The notes: a model not told the origin generated them from the sequence alone. A stretch of DNA of 64,000 bases from Halorarum halobium (GCF_032116555.1 NZ_CP134949.1:682001-746000); one strand, 5' to 3'. Shown: positions 10,184 to 19,261, numbered from the stretch's first letter. Numbers and translations: made by a program.

Positions 10184-10912
10184 ATGACCGCCAACTACCG
10201 AACGGAGGCAGTCGGTGATAGCTTCGTAGAAGCGTATGCAGATGCATCTGACCTGTGGCTCCGGCACCGGCCACAATCCCTGACAGTGCGAGTAACCGAC
10301 CCTGTTTCAGAATGGAGTGCTGTTCCCAGCGACCGAGATACCCAGCTCGATACCTGGCGGCAGGCACTCCGACTCGGTGACCAGTTCAGCACTATCGAGG
10401 ATGTCTCACTCAGCAAGACGTCGCCGCTTACCGGCGGTGACACCGTAGCCCACTGGGTCGAGGATCGTGTGATCGAGCAACTGGACGGAGGATACTGGGG
10501 GCAGAGCGGGGAAGCGATCGAAGAGTGCATCGACCAGGGCCTGAAGGGATATCCCGGTAATCGAAGGAACGCTCTAATCGCCAATCTGTTCGATGAAAGC
10601 GACCGGCAGAAAGCGATGAAGGCACCGAAGGTGAAGGGACTGCCCTGCGTCAGCCACCTACAGTTCACGACGGACTTCGGGACGCTCGGCCTCTGCACGA
10701 CACTCCGCAGCCAGTACTTCGGCCTGAAAGGGCTGGGGAACCTCGTGGCATCAGGTGCTCTCCTGGCATACGCTGCACGGCAGGCTGACTACGAGGTAGG
10801 CGAGGTACGCGAAGAGATCCACAACGTCACGACTCACGACGAGGAGAACGTCCGGAAGATCTACCGAAAGCTCCAGGATGCTGAGCAGGAGGATGAACTT
10901 GTCGAGGCTTGA
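10184..10912 (+). CDS. divergent thymidylate-synthase-fold protein
   Basis: LPCVSHLQF (catalytic PC), TLRSQ (RS), GN, followed by the LLAYAARQADYEVGE helix as in ThyA; lacks the canonical RSxD and HxY motifs. Confidence 0.6.
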   Translation: MTANYRTEAVGDSFVEAYADASDLWLRHRPQSLTVRVTDPVSEWSAVPSDRDTQLDTWRQALRLGDQFSTIEDVSLSKTSPLTGGDTVAHWVEDRVIEQLDGGYWGQSGEAIEECIDQGLKGYPGNRRNALIANLFDESDRQKAMKAPKVKGLPCVSHLQFTTDFGTLGLCTTLRSQYFGLKGLGNLVASGALLAYAARQADYEVGEVREEIHNVTTHDEENVRKIYRKLQDAEQEDELVEA

Positions 10913-10949
10913 CCTTGAAAAAGGTCGCCTCCCTCAATAGAAGGTAGGA

Positions 10950-11672
10950 ATGGAACTGGGCCTGATCTCGGACGTTCACGCGAACCTGCCGGCGTTGGAA
11001 GCAGTATTCGAGGATATGCCGGAGAGTGTAGACGAAGTCGCTTGTCTCGGTGACGTCGTCGGATACAATCCCTACCCTGTGGAGTGCGTGGACCAGGTCC
11101 AGGAAGAATGTAGCTACGTGCTGCAGGGGAACCATGACCGAGAGATCAGGAACCCAAGTTACGGCAGTAATCAGCAAGCGGTGAAAGGTTTGCAGCTGGC
11201 CGAGGATAGGATGGAAGAAGAGGATATCGAGTATCTATTGGAGTTGCCGGAGACGCAAGAACTCGCGGACGGGGATATCTTGGCGGCTCACAGCCACCCA
11301 GAGAACACTGACGAGTACGTGTTCCCCAGCGGTTTCTCCGATATCGAGAGATATCTGGACAGCTACGATGCTGTGGTCCTTGGGCATACCCATCTACAAG
11401 CCGTGGAACAGTTCGAGGAAGGCGTGGTCTTGAATCCGGGTAGTGTCGGGCAGCCACGGGACGAGGCCACGGCGGCCTACGCTGTATTGGATACTGAGTC
11501 GTGGGAGACTGAGCTTGGCCGGACGAGTTACGATATCTGGAGGGTAGTCGAGGAGATCGAGAAGACTGGTTTGCCGCCGGGGACTGGTGACAGGCTTCTT
11601 CCTGAGAGCCGTGGACAGTCCCAGGGCCGAGGCGGCGGTAATCCTTGGAGTACTGGTGGACGTCGACGCTGA
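10950..11672 (+). CDS. calcineurin-like metallophosphoesterase
   Basis: SDVHAN, GDVVGY, GNHD, AH, GHTH, NPGSVGQPRD motifs. Confidence 0.93.
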   Translation: MELGLISDVHANLPALEAVFEDMPESVDEVACLGDVVGYNPYPVECVDQVQEECSYVLQGNHDREIRNPSYGSNQQAVKGLQLAEDRMEEEDIEYLLELPETQELADGDILAAHSHPENTDEYVFPSGFSDIERYLDSYDAVVLGHTHLQAVEQFEEGVVLNPGSVGQPRDEATAAYAVLDTESWETELGRTSYDIWRVVEEIEKTGLPPGTGDRLLPESRGQSQGRGGGNPWSTGGRRR

Positions 11673-11899
11673 ACCCTGGTACTTCTACACCTTGTCGGGC
11701 ATCGGGTTCCCGGTTTCTCGACACCAGCGGACGCGGCATTCCAGGCTGCAGAAGAAGAGCTGTTCCCCACTGACGATTGCATAATACCAGTGAGCTTTGT
11801 CCAAGTCTCGTCTCTGGCCGCACCACTGGCAGTCACTAATTGTCTCGTCCTTCACATCGCAGTAAACGGTTTATTGGAGCAAAAGGTTAACTACAGGCT

Positions 11900-12085
11900 A
11901 TGAGTGATGCTGAGGCACTGGAGGAGTTGGCGGCAGCGATATATCATGTTCAGAAAGCAGAGAGCAAGGCTGAGACAGAGTTAGTGGCTAATATGCTGGA
12001 GAACTCGCTGGATGACCTGGATGATCAGGCCCGAGAGATCCTAACGGTAATCGGTGAACAGGAGTACCAGAAAGGGAGGCTGTAA
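11900..12085 (+). CDS. small helical hypothetical protein
   Basis: 61-aa acidic ORF with AT-rich promoter-like sequence upstream. Confidence 0.6.
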   Translation: MSDAEALEELAAAIYHVQKAESKAETELVANMLENSLDDLDDQAREILTVIGEQEYQKGRL

Positions 12086-12246
12086 GGATGGGTCGTTTAG
12101 CTTGTAAAGTCGTGGAGGCTGTACTCGAGGAGTGTGAGAGGCGGGGAATCGAACTGAGCGATCTGCCTCTTTCTGAAGATGTTGAGGATGATTTGGATTC
12201 TTCTTAAAAAGTTCTGAGCCGCATTACAGCTCGCGGTGGTAGCTGA

Positions 12247-13161
12247 ATCGATTTACGAGAAGCTCAACGACTCCAATATTGCTGTAGTACGGGTCGCGTC
12301 CCATTTGCTGTAGAAGCGTTCGAGGCTGGGTTTCTTCCGGGAAATCGTGAGGACAGCAGTTACCAGCTTACGGAGGAGCATACGAACGTCGACCTGCCCT
12401 CTGGATTCATGGATAATGATTACGAGGACCCGGATCTGGACAGGTTGCTTGAGAAGTTCCATGAACGGGAGCCACGAGTCGCGGTGATCGGAGACGCCTA
12501 CACCAGGGAAGAGGCGGAGAAGTACCAAGATACCATCGACGACCTCGCTGACGAGTACCCGTACCGGCGTTTCATCGTTGCGCCAAAGTGCGAGGCAGCT
12601 TTCGAGGTCCTGGATGCCGAGACTACGACTCTGGGTTATGCGAACGGGAAGAGTTCGGTGCAGGCAGAAGACTTGGGGCCAGTGAAGTTCCGTGGATGGA
12701 ACGTACATATCCTGGGCGGCAATCCTATCGACGCTTATGAGGCTATGCAGTCATTGACTCAGCCAACTCTGGACGGTCGAGAGCCGGCGAACATCGTTGG
12801 ATATGACTGGAATGGGCCGCTGCGGATGGCCTACTGGGAGTATTGGACGCCAGATGGTTGGCAGGACAACGGGCACTTGACACCTCGGGAAACAGCCCGT
12901 AGATCGTACCAGGAAATCAAGCAGTACCTGCAGGAGAAAGATGTGTGGCCGGAGACTGAGCCTCGGGAACTGTACGGTGAGGCTGTAGAGGAACCGGACT
13001 TTGACATCTTCATGGACAAGGGTGGAGACCCGATTCCGTCGCGTGAAGCCTTGGAGACTTCGTACGTCCGTGAGTACGAGGAGAAAGGCACGCTGGCGTT
13101 TGAGTCAGAGTCGCAGATGAAGTTTATCGAGTACCGGGAAGGCTTGACACCGGTCGGCTGA
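12247..13161 (+). CDS. DUF6610-like protein (putative ATC start; ORF track starts at 12409)
   Basis: DND/PDLD, IGD, PK, LGY, RGWNVHILGG, DWNG motifs of the haloarchaeal plasmid family. The conserved-looking N-terminus RVPFAVEAFEAGFLPGNRED lies upstream of the first ATG; GGTGG + 7 nt + ATC directly after an in-frame TGA. Confidence 0.65.
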   Translation: MDLREAQRLQYCCSTGRVPFAVEAFEAGFLPGNREDSSYQLTEEHTNVDLPSGFMDNDYEDPDLDRLLEKFHEREPRVAVIGDAYTREEAEKYQDTIDDLADEYPYRRFIVAPKCEAAFEVLDAETTTLGYANGKSSVQAEDLGPVKFRGWNVHILGGNPIDAYEAMQSLTQPTLDGREPANIVGYDWNGPLRMAYWEYWTPDGWQDNGHLTPRETARRSYQEIKQYLQEKDVWPETEPRELYGEAVEEPDFDIFMDKGGDPIPSREALETSYVREYEEKGTLAFESESQMKFIEYREGLTPVG

Positions 13162-13196
13162 ACTGTTTTAAACACGGGATTCGGATATTTTCTACA

Positions 13197-13580
13197 ATGG
13201 CGCTGAACGAGTTCGACCAAGACCAAATGGAACACTTCGAGTGGATCAGCGACGAGCTGTATGATTCACTGGAGTCAGGGGAGGATGTGGAGATCCGTGT
13301 CCGCCCTGGTTACGATGATGCGCCGCGTCAGTACGACCTGCAGAGGATTCTCGATCCGAGGATGGAACGGTTCCAGGAGTCCAGCAGTGAAGCTGTCGAC
13401 GACCTGTACGAGTTTGTCGACGACTTCTTTGGCGAGACTCAGTACGTGGACTGGACGACTGTAGCGTTCGATGAGTTGGAGCAGAGAGGCGAGGAGTTTT
13501 TCGAGTACGATGACGGCAGCGAGCTACATATTGAGGTATATGAGCCAAGAGAAGACGGCCATGATATTCTACGTCTCTAG
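13197..13580 (+). CDS. acidic hypothetical protein
   Basis: 127-aa ORF; TTTAAA about 30 nt upstream (leaderless). Confidence 0.7.
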   Translation: MALNEFDQDQMEHFEWISDELYDSLESGEDVEIRVRPGYDDAPRQYDLQRILDPRMERFQESSSEAVDDLYEFVDDFFGETQYVDWTTVAFDELEQRGEEFFEYDDGSELHIEVYEPREDGHDILRL

Positions 13581-13862
13581 TTTCTTTTCTGCGTGGATTT
13601 TCATGAGATCCCAGTTGTTCTTCAGGTAGTCGTAGAGTTCGTCGTCGCCATCGTTCAGTGCTTGATGGGTTGCTTCTTCGATGTTCCGCCAGACCTCGTA
13701 GAAATACTCAGTGTCATCTCTCTGGTGCTGTGCTTCCGCGATCTCCTCAAGGATCTGTTTCCGGGCTTCTTTGATTTCGTCTTCACTGGATTCAGGGGCG
13801 AAGATTGTGGTATACGGGGGACGCATTTTTCTCCGTGTCTGCTTATCGAGCCTATTGACCAA
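13569..13862 (-). CDS. hypothetical protein
   Basis: 97-aa ORF with protein-like composition. Confidence 0.55.
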   Translation of the reverse strand: MVNRLDKQTRRKMRPPYTTIFAPESSEDEIKEARKQILEEIAEAQHQRDDTEYFYEVWRNIEEATHQALNDGDDELYDYLKNNWDLMKIHAEKKLET

Positions 13863-13909
13863 AATAGTTATTGTAGTATATGGTTTACTGTGCTATTGGC
13901 GATACTGGT

Positions 13910-14350
13910 ATGAACGGTAGTTTGCCTGAGGCCGGTCGAGAAGGTATCGAGCAACTGGAGAACGGGAACGTGGTTCAGGCGCGGAATGAGTTTGCCCGTC
14001 TCCACGTCAAGGCAGGGATGAAGAAGCAGGGTGTACTGAAGACGGATACTGATGAGAGTTACTGGGAACGAGTGGAGGACTTGGCGGAGGAGGCTACACA
14101 GATTCTCCACAACGTGGGAGACGCTGCGGAGGCGTTGAAACGGTTGGAGGAGTTGTTTGAGGGCCGTGTTTTCGACAGTTCTGCGATCACCTACCAGGGC
14201 GGTGTCGGTGAGGCGGAGAAGACTGTCTCGGAGTCTGATACGGATGAGGTGGTGCAGGATCGTATCGAGTTCTTGGAGGAGGAGATTAAGCGGTCGCAGG
14301 AGGACTTGATGGAGTTGAAGGAGGAGCTCGACGAACTCCGTGACGAGTGA
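13910..14350 (+). CDS. helical coiled-coil protein, paralog 1
   Basis: Clearly similar to 14351-14800 (EF...GVL...YW...AEEA...QxRIEFLEEEI...ELDELRD). Confidence 0.75.
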   Translation: MNGSLPEAGREGIEQLENGNVVQARNEFARLHVKAGMKKQGVLKTDTDESYWERVEDLAEEATQILHNVGDAAEALKRLEELFEGRVFDSSAITYQGGVGEAEKTVSESDTDEVVQDRIEFLEEEIKRSQEDLMELKEELDELRDE

Positions 14351-14800
14351 GTGATGCGGGGTTCTTCGCCTGAGCCGCTGCGTAGTGCTGTGGAGAAACT
14401 GGAGGAAGGTGATTTTCAAGGGGCGAAGGAGGAGTTTGAGCAGGTCCGGCAGCAAGCTGAATTGAAAAACGAGGGAGTGTTGGAGAGAAGGTCGGGGGAG
14501 GAGTACTGGAGAGGTATTGGTGAAGCAGCTGAGGAAGCTGTCCGTGTCATCGAGGTCTTAGGAAGCTCTGAGGAGGCGTTGAACCGGTTAGAGAATGTTG
14601 TTAGGAGTGCGGACCCTGATTCCGGTGTTTCCTACAAGCCAGGTGTAGGTGAGGAGGAGAGGACGTTGGATCATCAGTCTACGGACGAGGTTATCCAGAA
14701 TCGTATCGAGTTCCTCGAGGAGGAGATTGAGAACTCTGACGAGGAATTACCGGGGTTACGCCGGGAGTTAGATGAGCTTCGAGACTACCAAGAAGAGTGA
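14351..14800 (+). CDS. helical coiled-coil protein, paralog 2
   Basis: Tandem duplicate of 13910-14350. Confidence 0.75.
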   Translation: MMRGSSPEPLRSAVEKLEEGDFQGAKEEFEQVRQQAELKNEGVLERRSGEEYWRGIGEAAEEAVRVIEVLGSSEEALNRLENVVRSADPDSGVSYKPGVGEEERTLDHQSTDEVIQNRIEFLEEEIENSDEELPGLRRELDELRDYQEE

Positions 14801-14812
14801 AATCGACGGGTT

Positions 14813-15133
14813 CTATTCGGTCTCCAGTAGTTCATCGATCTCCCAGAAGTCCATTGTCTCGTCCTGTTCTTCGTCGTAGAGTGCGACTGCTTTCACGCCT
14901 TCTTCCGGCTTCGTGTAGAGCAGGTCATATCGTTCATCGTTGCCGGTGTCGATGGAGAAGTAGGGCATGGTGCTGCCTTTGACTTCGTGACTGTAATCGC
15001 CGGCTTGGTCTTCAAGGATGGATCTGACTTTTTCGAGCGGCAGATTCACGGGGAAGATGTAGTCGCCGTCGTTGAGTTTGATAGAGCCGCCGAGTGGCTC
15101 GCTCAGGGTTTTGTCGTATTCTACACGTCCTAT
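14813..15133 (-). CDS. hypothetical protein (putative ATA start; 106 aa)
   Basis: AGGTGA + 6 nt + ATA GGA CGT; in-frame TGA within the SD. The extension LGGSIKLNDGDYIFP is homologous to a segment of 51958-52890. Confidence 0.65.
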   Translation of the reverse strand: MGRVEYDKTLSEPLGGSIKLNDGDYIFPVNLPLEKVRSILEDQAGDYSHEVKGSTMPYFSIDTGNDERYDLLYTKPEEGVKAVALYDEEQDETMDFWEIDELLETE

Positions 15134-15170
15134 ACACAGTCACCTATCCGGGTTCTTCTCAATGGTATTT

Positions 15171-15263
15171 TTATTCAATTTGGTCGAAGTCGCGGTTTCC
15201 GCATTTGGGACAGATACCCATGTCGTCCGGTTCTTTGTTGCCGCATTCGCTGCACTCCTTCAT
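15171..15263 (-). CDS. 30-aa zinc-finger micro-protein MKECSECGNKEPDDMGICPKCGNRDFDQIE
   Basis: CxxCG + CPxCG, purine-rich SD-like sequence upstream. Confidence 0.7.
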   Translation of the reverse strand: MKECSECGNKEPDDMGICPKCGNRDFDQIE

Positions 15264-15305
15264 CTGAAATCATCTCCCTCCACGAAGTCGATAAACCTGG
15301 CTCGT

Positions 15306-15398
15306 TCACCTGGACCGGATCAGGTCGTCTCCCCTGCAGGAGTTGCACAAGCCGAACATTGTAACGTTGTCACAGCCTTTCCGGACGCATTCCCGCAT
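15306..15398 (-). CDS. 30-aa Cys-rich micro-protein MRECVRKGCDNVTMFGLCNSCRGDDLIRSR
   Basis: Four Cys in two pairs; ATG 2 nt after the upstream stop; AGGTGG SD. Confidence 0.55.
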   Translation of the reverse strand: MRECVRKGCDNVTMFGLCNSCRGDDLIRSR

Positions 15399-15400
15399 CT

Positions 15401-16099
15401 CTAACCACCTTCCAGCCAGTCGTTCCAGTCTGATTGTCCGTCGACGTCCGGTACATCCAGGTCCGGTTCTCTGTAGGAACGTACTGAGGATTGCCGTGAC
15501 TCAGTATCTTGGTTCCGGGTTTCTTCGTAGAACTCGGCCTCTTCCTTCAACCAGGCCATTTGCTCCCCGATTCCGGAGAAGTCCTGCTCCTGGAATGGGA
15601 ACCGGGTTTCCCAGGGAAACGGTTCGAACACATCGTTCTCTTTGAGAGGGTCGACGTAGTCGTCGCCGGCGAGTACGATTAATCGGCGGCAGTGCGGATT
15701 CTCTTCGGGAAACCCTGATTTCATGCCGAGCCAGGAAGCGAGTCCGTAGTGAACGCGGCGGGTCCAGAAGTCGAGCCGGTCGTTGTAGAGTGGTTCGTCC
15801 CAGGGATAGCTGGTGTGTTGGTAGGCTTCTGGTTCGACTGGTGCTGGTTCTCCTTCCAGGTCTCCTATGGTGGTGTTGTAGGGTTCTGTTTCGAGGCTGG
15901 GCCAGAGTACGTCGTGTTCGGCGGAGAGTATCGCCCAAGGCGTGGTCCCTTCCGGGGCGTCTTCCCCGATTTGTGACCGGGCCTCTGCGTATCGCTTCTT
16001 CAGCTGGAAGTACGTCGACGTGTAGAGATCCTCGGCAGGTACGGGTTCATTCTGTTTCTGCTGGCCGCAGCCAACCAAGACGTAGGTGCCGTCCTCGAT
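15401..16099 (-). CDS. DUF6884-like protein (putative ATC start)
   Basis: YVLVGCGQQK...PAEDLYTSTYF...YAE...WAILSAEH...LAGDDY...GIGEQMAWL; ATC directly follows the upstream TAG, 7 nt after AGGTGA. Confidence 0.7.
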   Translation of the reverse strand: MEDGTYVLVGCGQQKQNEPVPAEDLYTSTYFQLKKRYAEARSQIGEDAPEGTTPWAILSAEHDVLWPSLETEPYNTTIGDLEGEPAPVEPEAYQHTSYPWDEPLYNDRLDFWTRRVHYGLASWLGMKSGFPEENPHCRRLIVLAGDDYVDPLKENDVFEPFPWETRFPFQEQDFSGIGEQMAWLKEEAEFYEETRNQDTESRQSSVRSYREPDLDVPDVDGQSDWNDWLEGG

Positions 16100-16327
16100 C
16101 TACGAATCACCTTCTCCGGGTTCGAGTGCTTCCCCAGCTTCTTCGATCGTGGCCGGGAAGATCATCAGATCCGGGTTTTCCTCCAAGGCGGTGTCGATAC
16201 AGTCCTCGTGGCTTTGGATGTAGTCGGGGACTCCAGAGTAGACGAATTTCAGGACTGGTTCTTCAAGATCTGTACCGGTGTAGAGTTCTGCGATGTAGTA
16301 GCCGTCGACCTCTCTGCCGTCTACTAT
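16100..16327 (-). CDS. acidic hypothetical protein (start uncertain, possibly ATA; absent from ORF track)
   Basis: Open frame IVDGREVDGYYIAELY...EGDS*; AGGTGA 12 nt upstream. Confidence 0.5.
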   Translation of the reverse strand: MVDGREVDGYYIAELYTGTDLEEPVLKFVYSGVPDYIQSHEDCIDTALEENPDLMIFPATIEEAGEALEPGEGDS

Positions 16328-16427
16328 GACCGGTGATTCTCACCTTGATTGAGTAAATGTAACCCGAAGAGAGTCGCCGCGACTCCTCCAAAATATGCCA
16401 GTAAAACCACATCCATACAGCTGAACG

Positions 16428-16778
16428 TCACTCTGTATCACCTTCCAGTATCTCCGACACTGGCTCCAGGTCGGCCTCTTCCCGTGCCCGGTCGACGTTT
16501 TCCAAACTCGTTGACGGTCCGGCGGAGAGGAAGACTGCTTTCTTCGCTTCGAAGTACAGATCCTCCGGGATGTCGTAGTCGTCGAGGATGTCCTCGATCA
16601 GTTCTTCCTGCTTGTCCTCGTGGAGATAATGCCGTAGGTAGGTTGGCGGATCGTCTCTGACTGCGTCACCTGGGTCCAGGCTGCTGTAGTCGAGGCCGGG
16701 AGTGGCTTCTTCGTAGAGTGTGTCGAGTATTTCAAAGTAGGCGTCTTCCCATTCATCCTGTACGTCGTCGAGGTTCAC
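16428..16778 (-). CDS. acidic hypothetical protein
   Basis: 116 aa, GTGA overlap with upstream gene, SD present. Confidence 0.7.
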   Translation of the reverse strand: MNLDDVQDEWEDAYFEILDTLYEEATPGLDYSSLDPGDAVRDDPPTYLRHYLHEDKQEELIEDILDDYDIPEDLYFEAKKAVFLSAGPSTSLENVDRAREEADLEPVSEILEGDTE

Positions 16779-17269
16779 AGGGAAGGATCACCTTCGCCTT
16801 TCTGGGGTATGTAGTAGGGTTCGTTGCCGCTGAACTTCTCGACACGCTCCAGGTCAACCTCTTCCTCGACGTACTGGTCGATGGCTTCCTCCGCTGCTTC
16901 CAATGTGATCGCTCCTGATCTGCCGCCGAGTTGCTCTGGGTCCGTCCTGTAGAGTGCGTCGAGGCATGGCCCGTAGCCGTACTTGTTCATGATTCCGGCG
17001 CGGCTGCTCCACGGACCTTTCAGAGTGACTTCTTCTCCGTCGACGGTTTCGATCTCGTAGTGGCGTCCGTTGTACCCGTCTTGTTGGCCACCGTCCCAGG
17101 CGAAGAACTGGACGTAACCCGAGTCGTGTTCAGCGTACCATAGCCCCTGTTCCTCGCTGCCTTCAAACTCGAGGTCGCTGGTGTCGGGGATTTCGTCGAC
17201 GTATAGTATGAGTCGTGGGTCGTTTCCGAAGTCTTCCTTCCAGTCGATTTCAGCGTCTTCTAACTCGAT
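16775..17269 (-). CDS. hypothetical protein, 164 aa (putative ATC start; ORF track shows only the last 71 aa)
   Basis: AGGTGA + 6 nt + ATC GAG TTA; 93 codons of acidic open frame (ELEDAEIDWKEDFGNDP...LKGPWSSRAG) before the first ATG. Confidence 0.7.
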   Translation of the reverse strand: MELEDAEIDWKEDFGNDPRLILYVDEIPDTSDLEFEGSEEQGLWYAEHDSGYVQFFAWDGGQQDGYNGRHYEIETVDGEEVTLKGPWSSRAGIMNKYGYGPCLDALYRTDPEQLGGRSGAITLEAAEEAIDQYVEEEVDLERVEKFSGNEPYYIPQKGEGDPSL

Positions 17270-17280
17270 TGTGTATCACC

Positions 17281-17643
17281 TTAGAGAGTTTTTGGTTGCA
17301 GATTTGTCTCGTCAGCTTTTACGACAATCACTCCCGTTGCTATTCTGGGTGCTGTATAGTATGTGGGCAAAACCCGGAAATTTACCTGCTCTCCCTCTTC
17401 AAAGTCATCAGGGTTCTGAGTCAAGACTATATACACCTTAGAATAACCGAAAATCCAGTCTGGAGTGCCTCTGATAAGTCTCTTTTTCCAAAGTGAATCT
17501 GGTTCTGCATCTACTATAACCCTAATCGCAGACCAGTCAGTATCATGCAAGCACTGAGTAGCCGGATAGTGAATAACCTCCTTGTTTTCTATGACTTGGC
17601 CGATCTTACCTTCTATCTCTTTGATCCCAACTCCTTTAGTCAG
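17281..17643 (-). CDS. hypothetical protein (start probably CTG 17643 or the GTG inside the SD)
   Basis: AT-richer open frame; CTGACTAA overlaps the upstream stop like ATGACTAA. Confidence 0.5.
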   Translation of the reverse strand: MTKGVGIKEIEGKIGQVIENKEVIHYPATQCLHDTDWSAIRVIVDAEPDSLWKKRLIRGTPDWIFGYSKVYIVLTQNPDDFEEGEQVNFRVLPTYYTAPRIATGVIVVKADETNLQPKTL

Positions 17644-18160
17644 ATCTACCACCTTCTGATTCAAGTTCTTCCTGTAGGATTTGCCGTCCGTGTGTACCGA
17701 GGTTGAACGCGGCCTGCTCCACCAGCTTCCGAGCTCCCTCGTCCTCATCGCTATTGTCAAAGTCGAGTTCTTTCTTGAGGTCGGCCAGCCAGAGATGGAA
17801 CTCCGGCTTGGTCACGAGGTCGGAGGTGCTGAGGATTTCTAGGTCTTCGTCGAGCTGGGTGTCGTCCTCGTTGTAGCTGAGAACGGTTTCTCTCCCGTTT
17901 GCAGGTGTGTAGACGGTGTGTTCGTAGGCCGTGACCTGCAGCCAGACTTCTTCTTCCGGCTCCGGTTCTTCCGTTGGGTCTGCCTGGATATCTTCCGGGA
18001 CTGATAGTTTGATGTATTCGGTGACGTCGAAGTCGGACTTGTCTTGGAAGAACTGAATGTCTTCCCTGCACTCCTTGCAGAAGTCGTCGTCGGAGCAGGA
18101 CTGGCACATATCCACCATCCTGGCTACGACTGATTTCGTCTCTTCCTCCATCGTCATCAC
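17636..18160 (-). CDS. hypothetical protein with CxxC...CxxC
   Basis: 174 aa, coupled to neighbours. Confidence 0.7.
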   Translation of the reverse strand: MMTMEEETKSVVARMVDMCQSCSDDDFCKECREDIQFFQDKSDFDVTEYIKLSVPEDIQADPTEEPEPEEEVWLQVTAYEHTVYTPANGRETVLSYNEDDTQLDEDLEILSTSDLVTKPEFHLWLADLKKELDFDNSDEDEGARKLVEQAAFNLGTHGRQILQEELESEGGRSD

Positions 18161-18396
18161 TGGTCGTTCTCACCTGCGGTGACTTCCTCGGCTTTCTCAA
18201 GAATATCTTCGAGTTCTTCTCGATCTATACCGATGATATCGTCCGGTATGAACTCGTTGTCACCAGTCTTCGGTCCCTGGTGTATCTGGATGTTGCCGTC
18301 GCCATAGATCAGGGCTCTGGTGATCATAGGTTCCCCTTGGAAATTTCCCTCAAACGCTATCGCTTGCTCGTAGTCGTCGTAGTCGCCTTCGCTCAC
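18157..18396 (-). CDS. hypothetical protein
   Basis: AGGTGA + 6 nt + GTG. Confidence 0.7.
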   Translation of the reverse strand: MSEGDYDDYEQAIAFEGNFQGEPMITRALIYGDGNIQIHQGPKTGDNEFIPDDIIGIDREELEDILEKAEEVTAGENDQ

Positions 18397-18402
18397 TCTG
18401 TA

Positions 18403-18714
18403 TCACCTGTTGTCCTCCTCGTTCCCTACGACGTACATTATCCGTCCGAGTGCCTCGGGAAGTGGTGAGGAGGTGTCTTGGTTCAGCTGCCAGTGGTCTA
18501 CTTCGGATTCTACCTCGGCTTTCTCTATGAGGCCGCCTTTGACCAGGGTATCCCACCGGTCGTAGAGTGCGTCTTTGGAGACTCCGGCTTTCTCTGCCAG
18601 CGTGGTCTTGTTGTACTTGATTTTCGGGTTTTCAAGCAGTAGTTTTGCGATTTTCAGCGTCACCGAGTCCAGTATGTCGTCGGCATCTACACGTTCTTGA
18701 GTCTCTTCTGTCAT
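18403..18714 (-). CDS. winged-HTH transcriptional regulator heading the leftward operon
   Basis: YNKTTLAEKAGVSKDALYDRWDTLVKGGLI. Confidence 0.75.
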   Translation of the reverse strand: MTEETQERVDADDILDSVTLKIAKLLLENPKIKYNKTTLAEKAGVSKDALYDRWDTLVKGGLIEKAEVESEVDHWQLNQDTSSPLPEALGRIMYVVGNEEDNR

Positions 18715-18832
18715 ATACTACTACCTGCGAAAACGACTTTTTAATATCTAATCCACAACCGAATCCAGACGATAGAATCTGCCCAAAGCTTATGCGGGAA
18801 CCCGGAAAACGTCAGCAGTAAGACCGGAAAGA

Positions 18833-19207
18833 ATGTCTGGAAGCTTGCCCGAAGACCTCTGGCAAACCGGGAAGTTCGCTGTTGGATACTACCGAGGAGA
18901 CAAAACCAGCCTGATCTCCCGGGGGATCGACGCCGTATCTCCCCTACTGCTAATCCTGGTTGTGGCCTTCGGTATAGGGCACTATCACGGGATTGTATCT
19001 GCAGCTGACCTCCTCCGTGTTCTCGGAGTCACCGCACTAATCGGGGCAATCGACCTGACCTTGATCCTCGATCTTTCGATCATTCTCGACTTCCTTATCG
19101 GCGACATCTTCGGCCTGGTCGGCCTTAGAAATCTGCTGACCGGTTTGGCGGCTCTAGGGCTTGGAGGTCCTGTGGTGAACTACTTCCGGGCTCTGCGTAA
19201 CCAGTAA
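18833..19207 (+). CDS. membrane protein
   Basis: Several hydrophobic segments. Confidence 0.7.
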   Translation: MSGSLPEDLWQTGKFAVGYYRGDKTSLISRGIDAVSPLLLILVVAFGIGHYHGIVSAADLLRVLGVTALIGAIDLTLILDLSIILDFLIGDIFGLVGLRNLLTGLAALGLGGPVVNYFRALRNQ

Positions 19208-19261
19208 CGCGGTCTTTTCTGACCCAAACAGTTTCACGGCTCTACACAAGGGATTAGCTGT

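Noticed and set aside
12236..12312. GTG start at 12236 plus a 1-bp frameshift as the N-terminus of the DUF6610-like gene
   Set aside because: That GTG is part of the GGTGG SD motif. The uninterrupted frame from ATC 12247 needs no indel and fits the pattern seen at nine other genes; not fully excluded.
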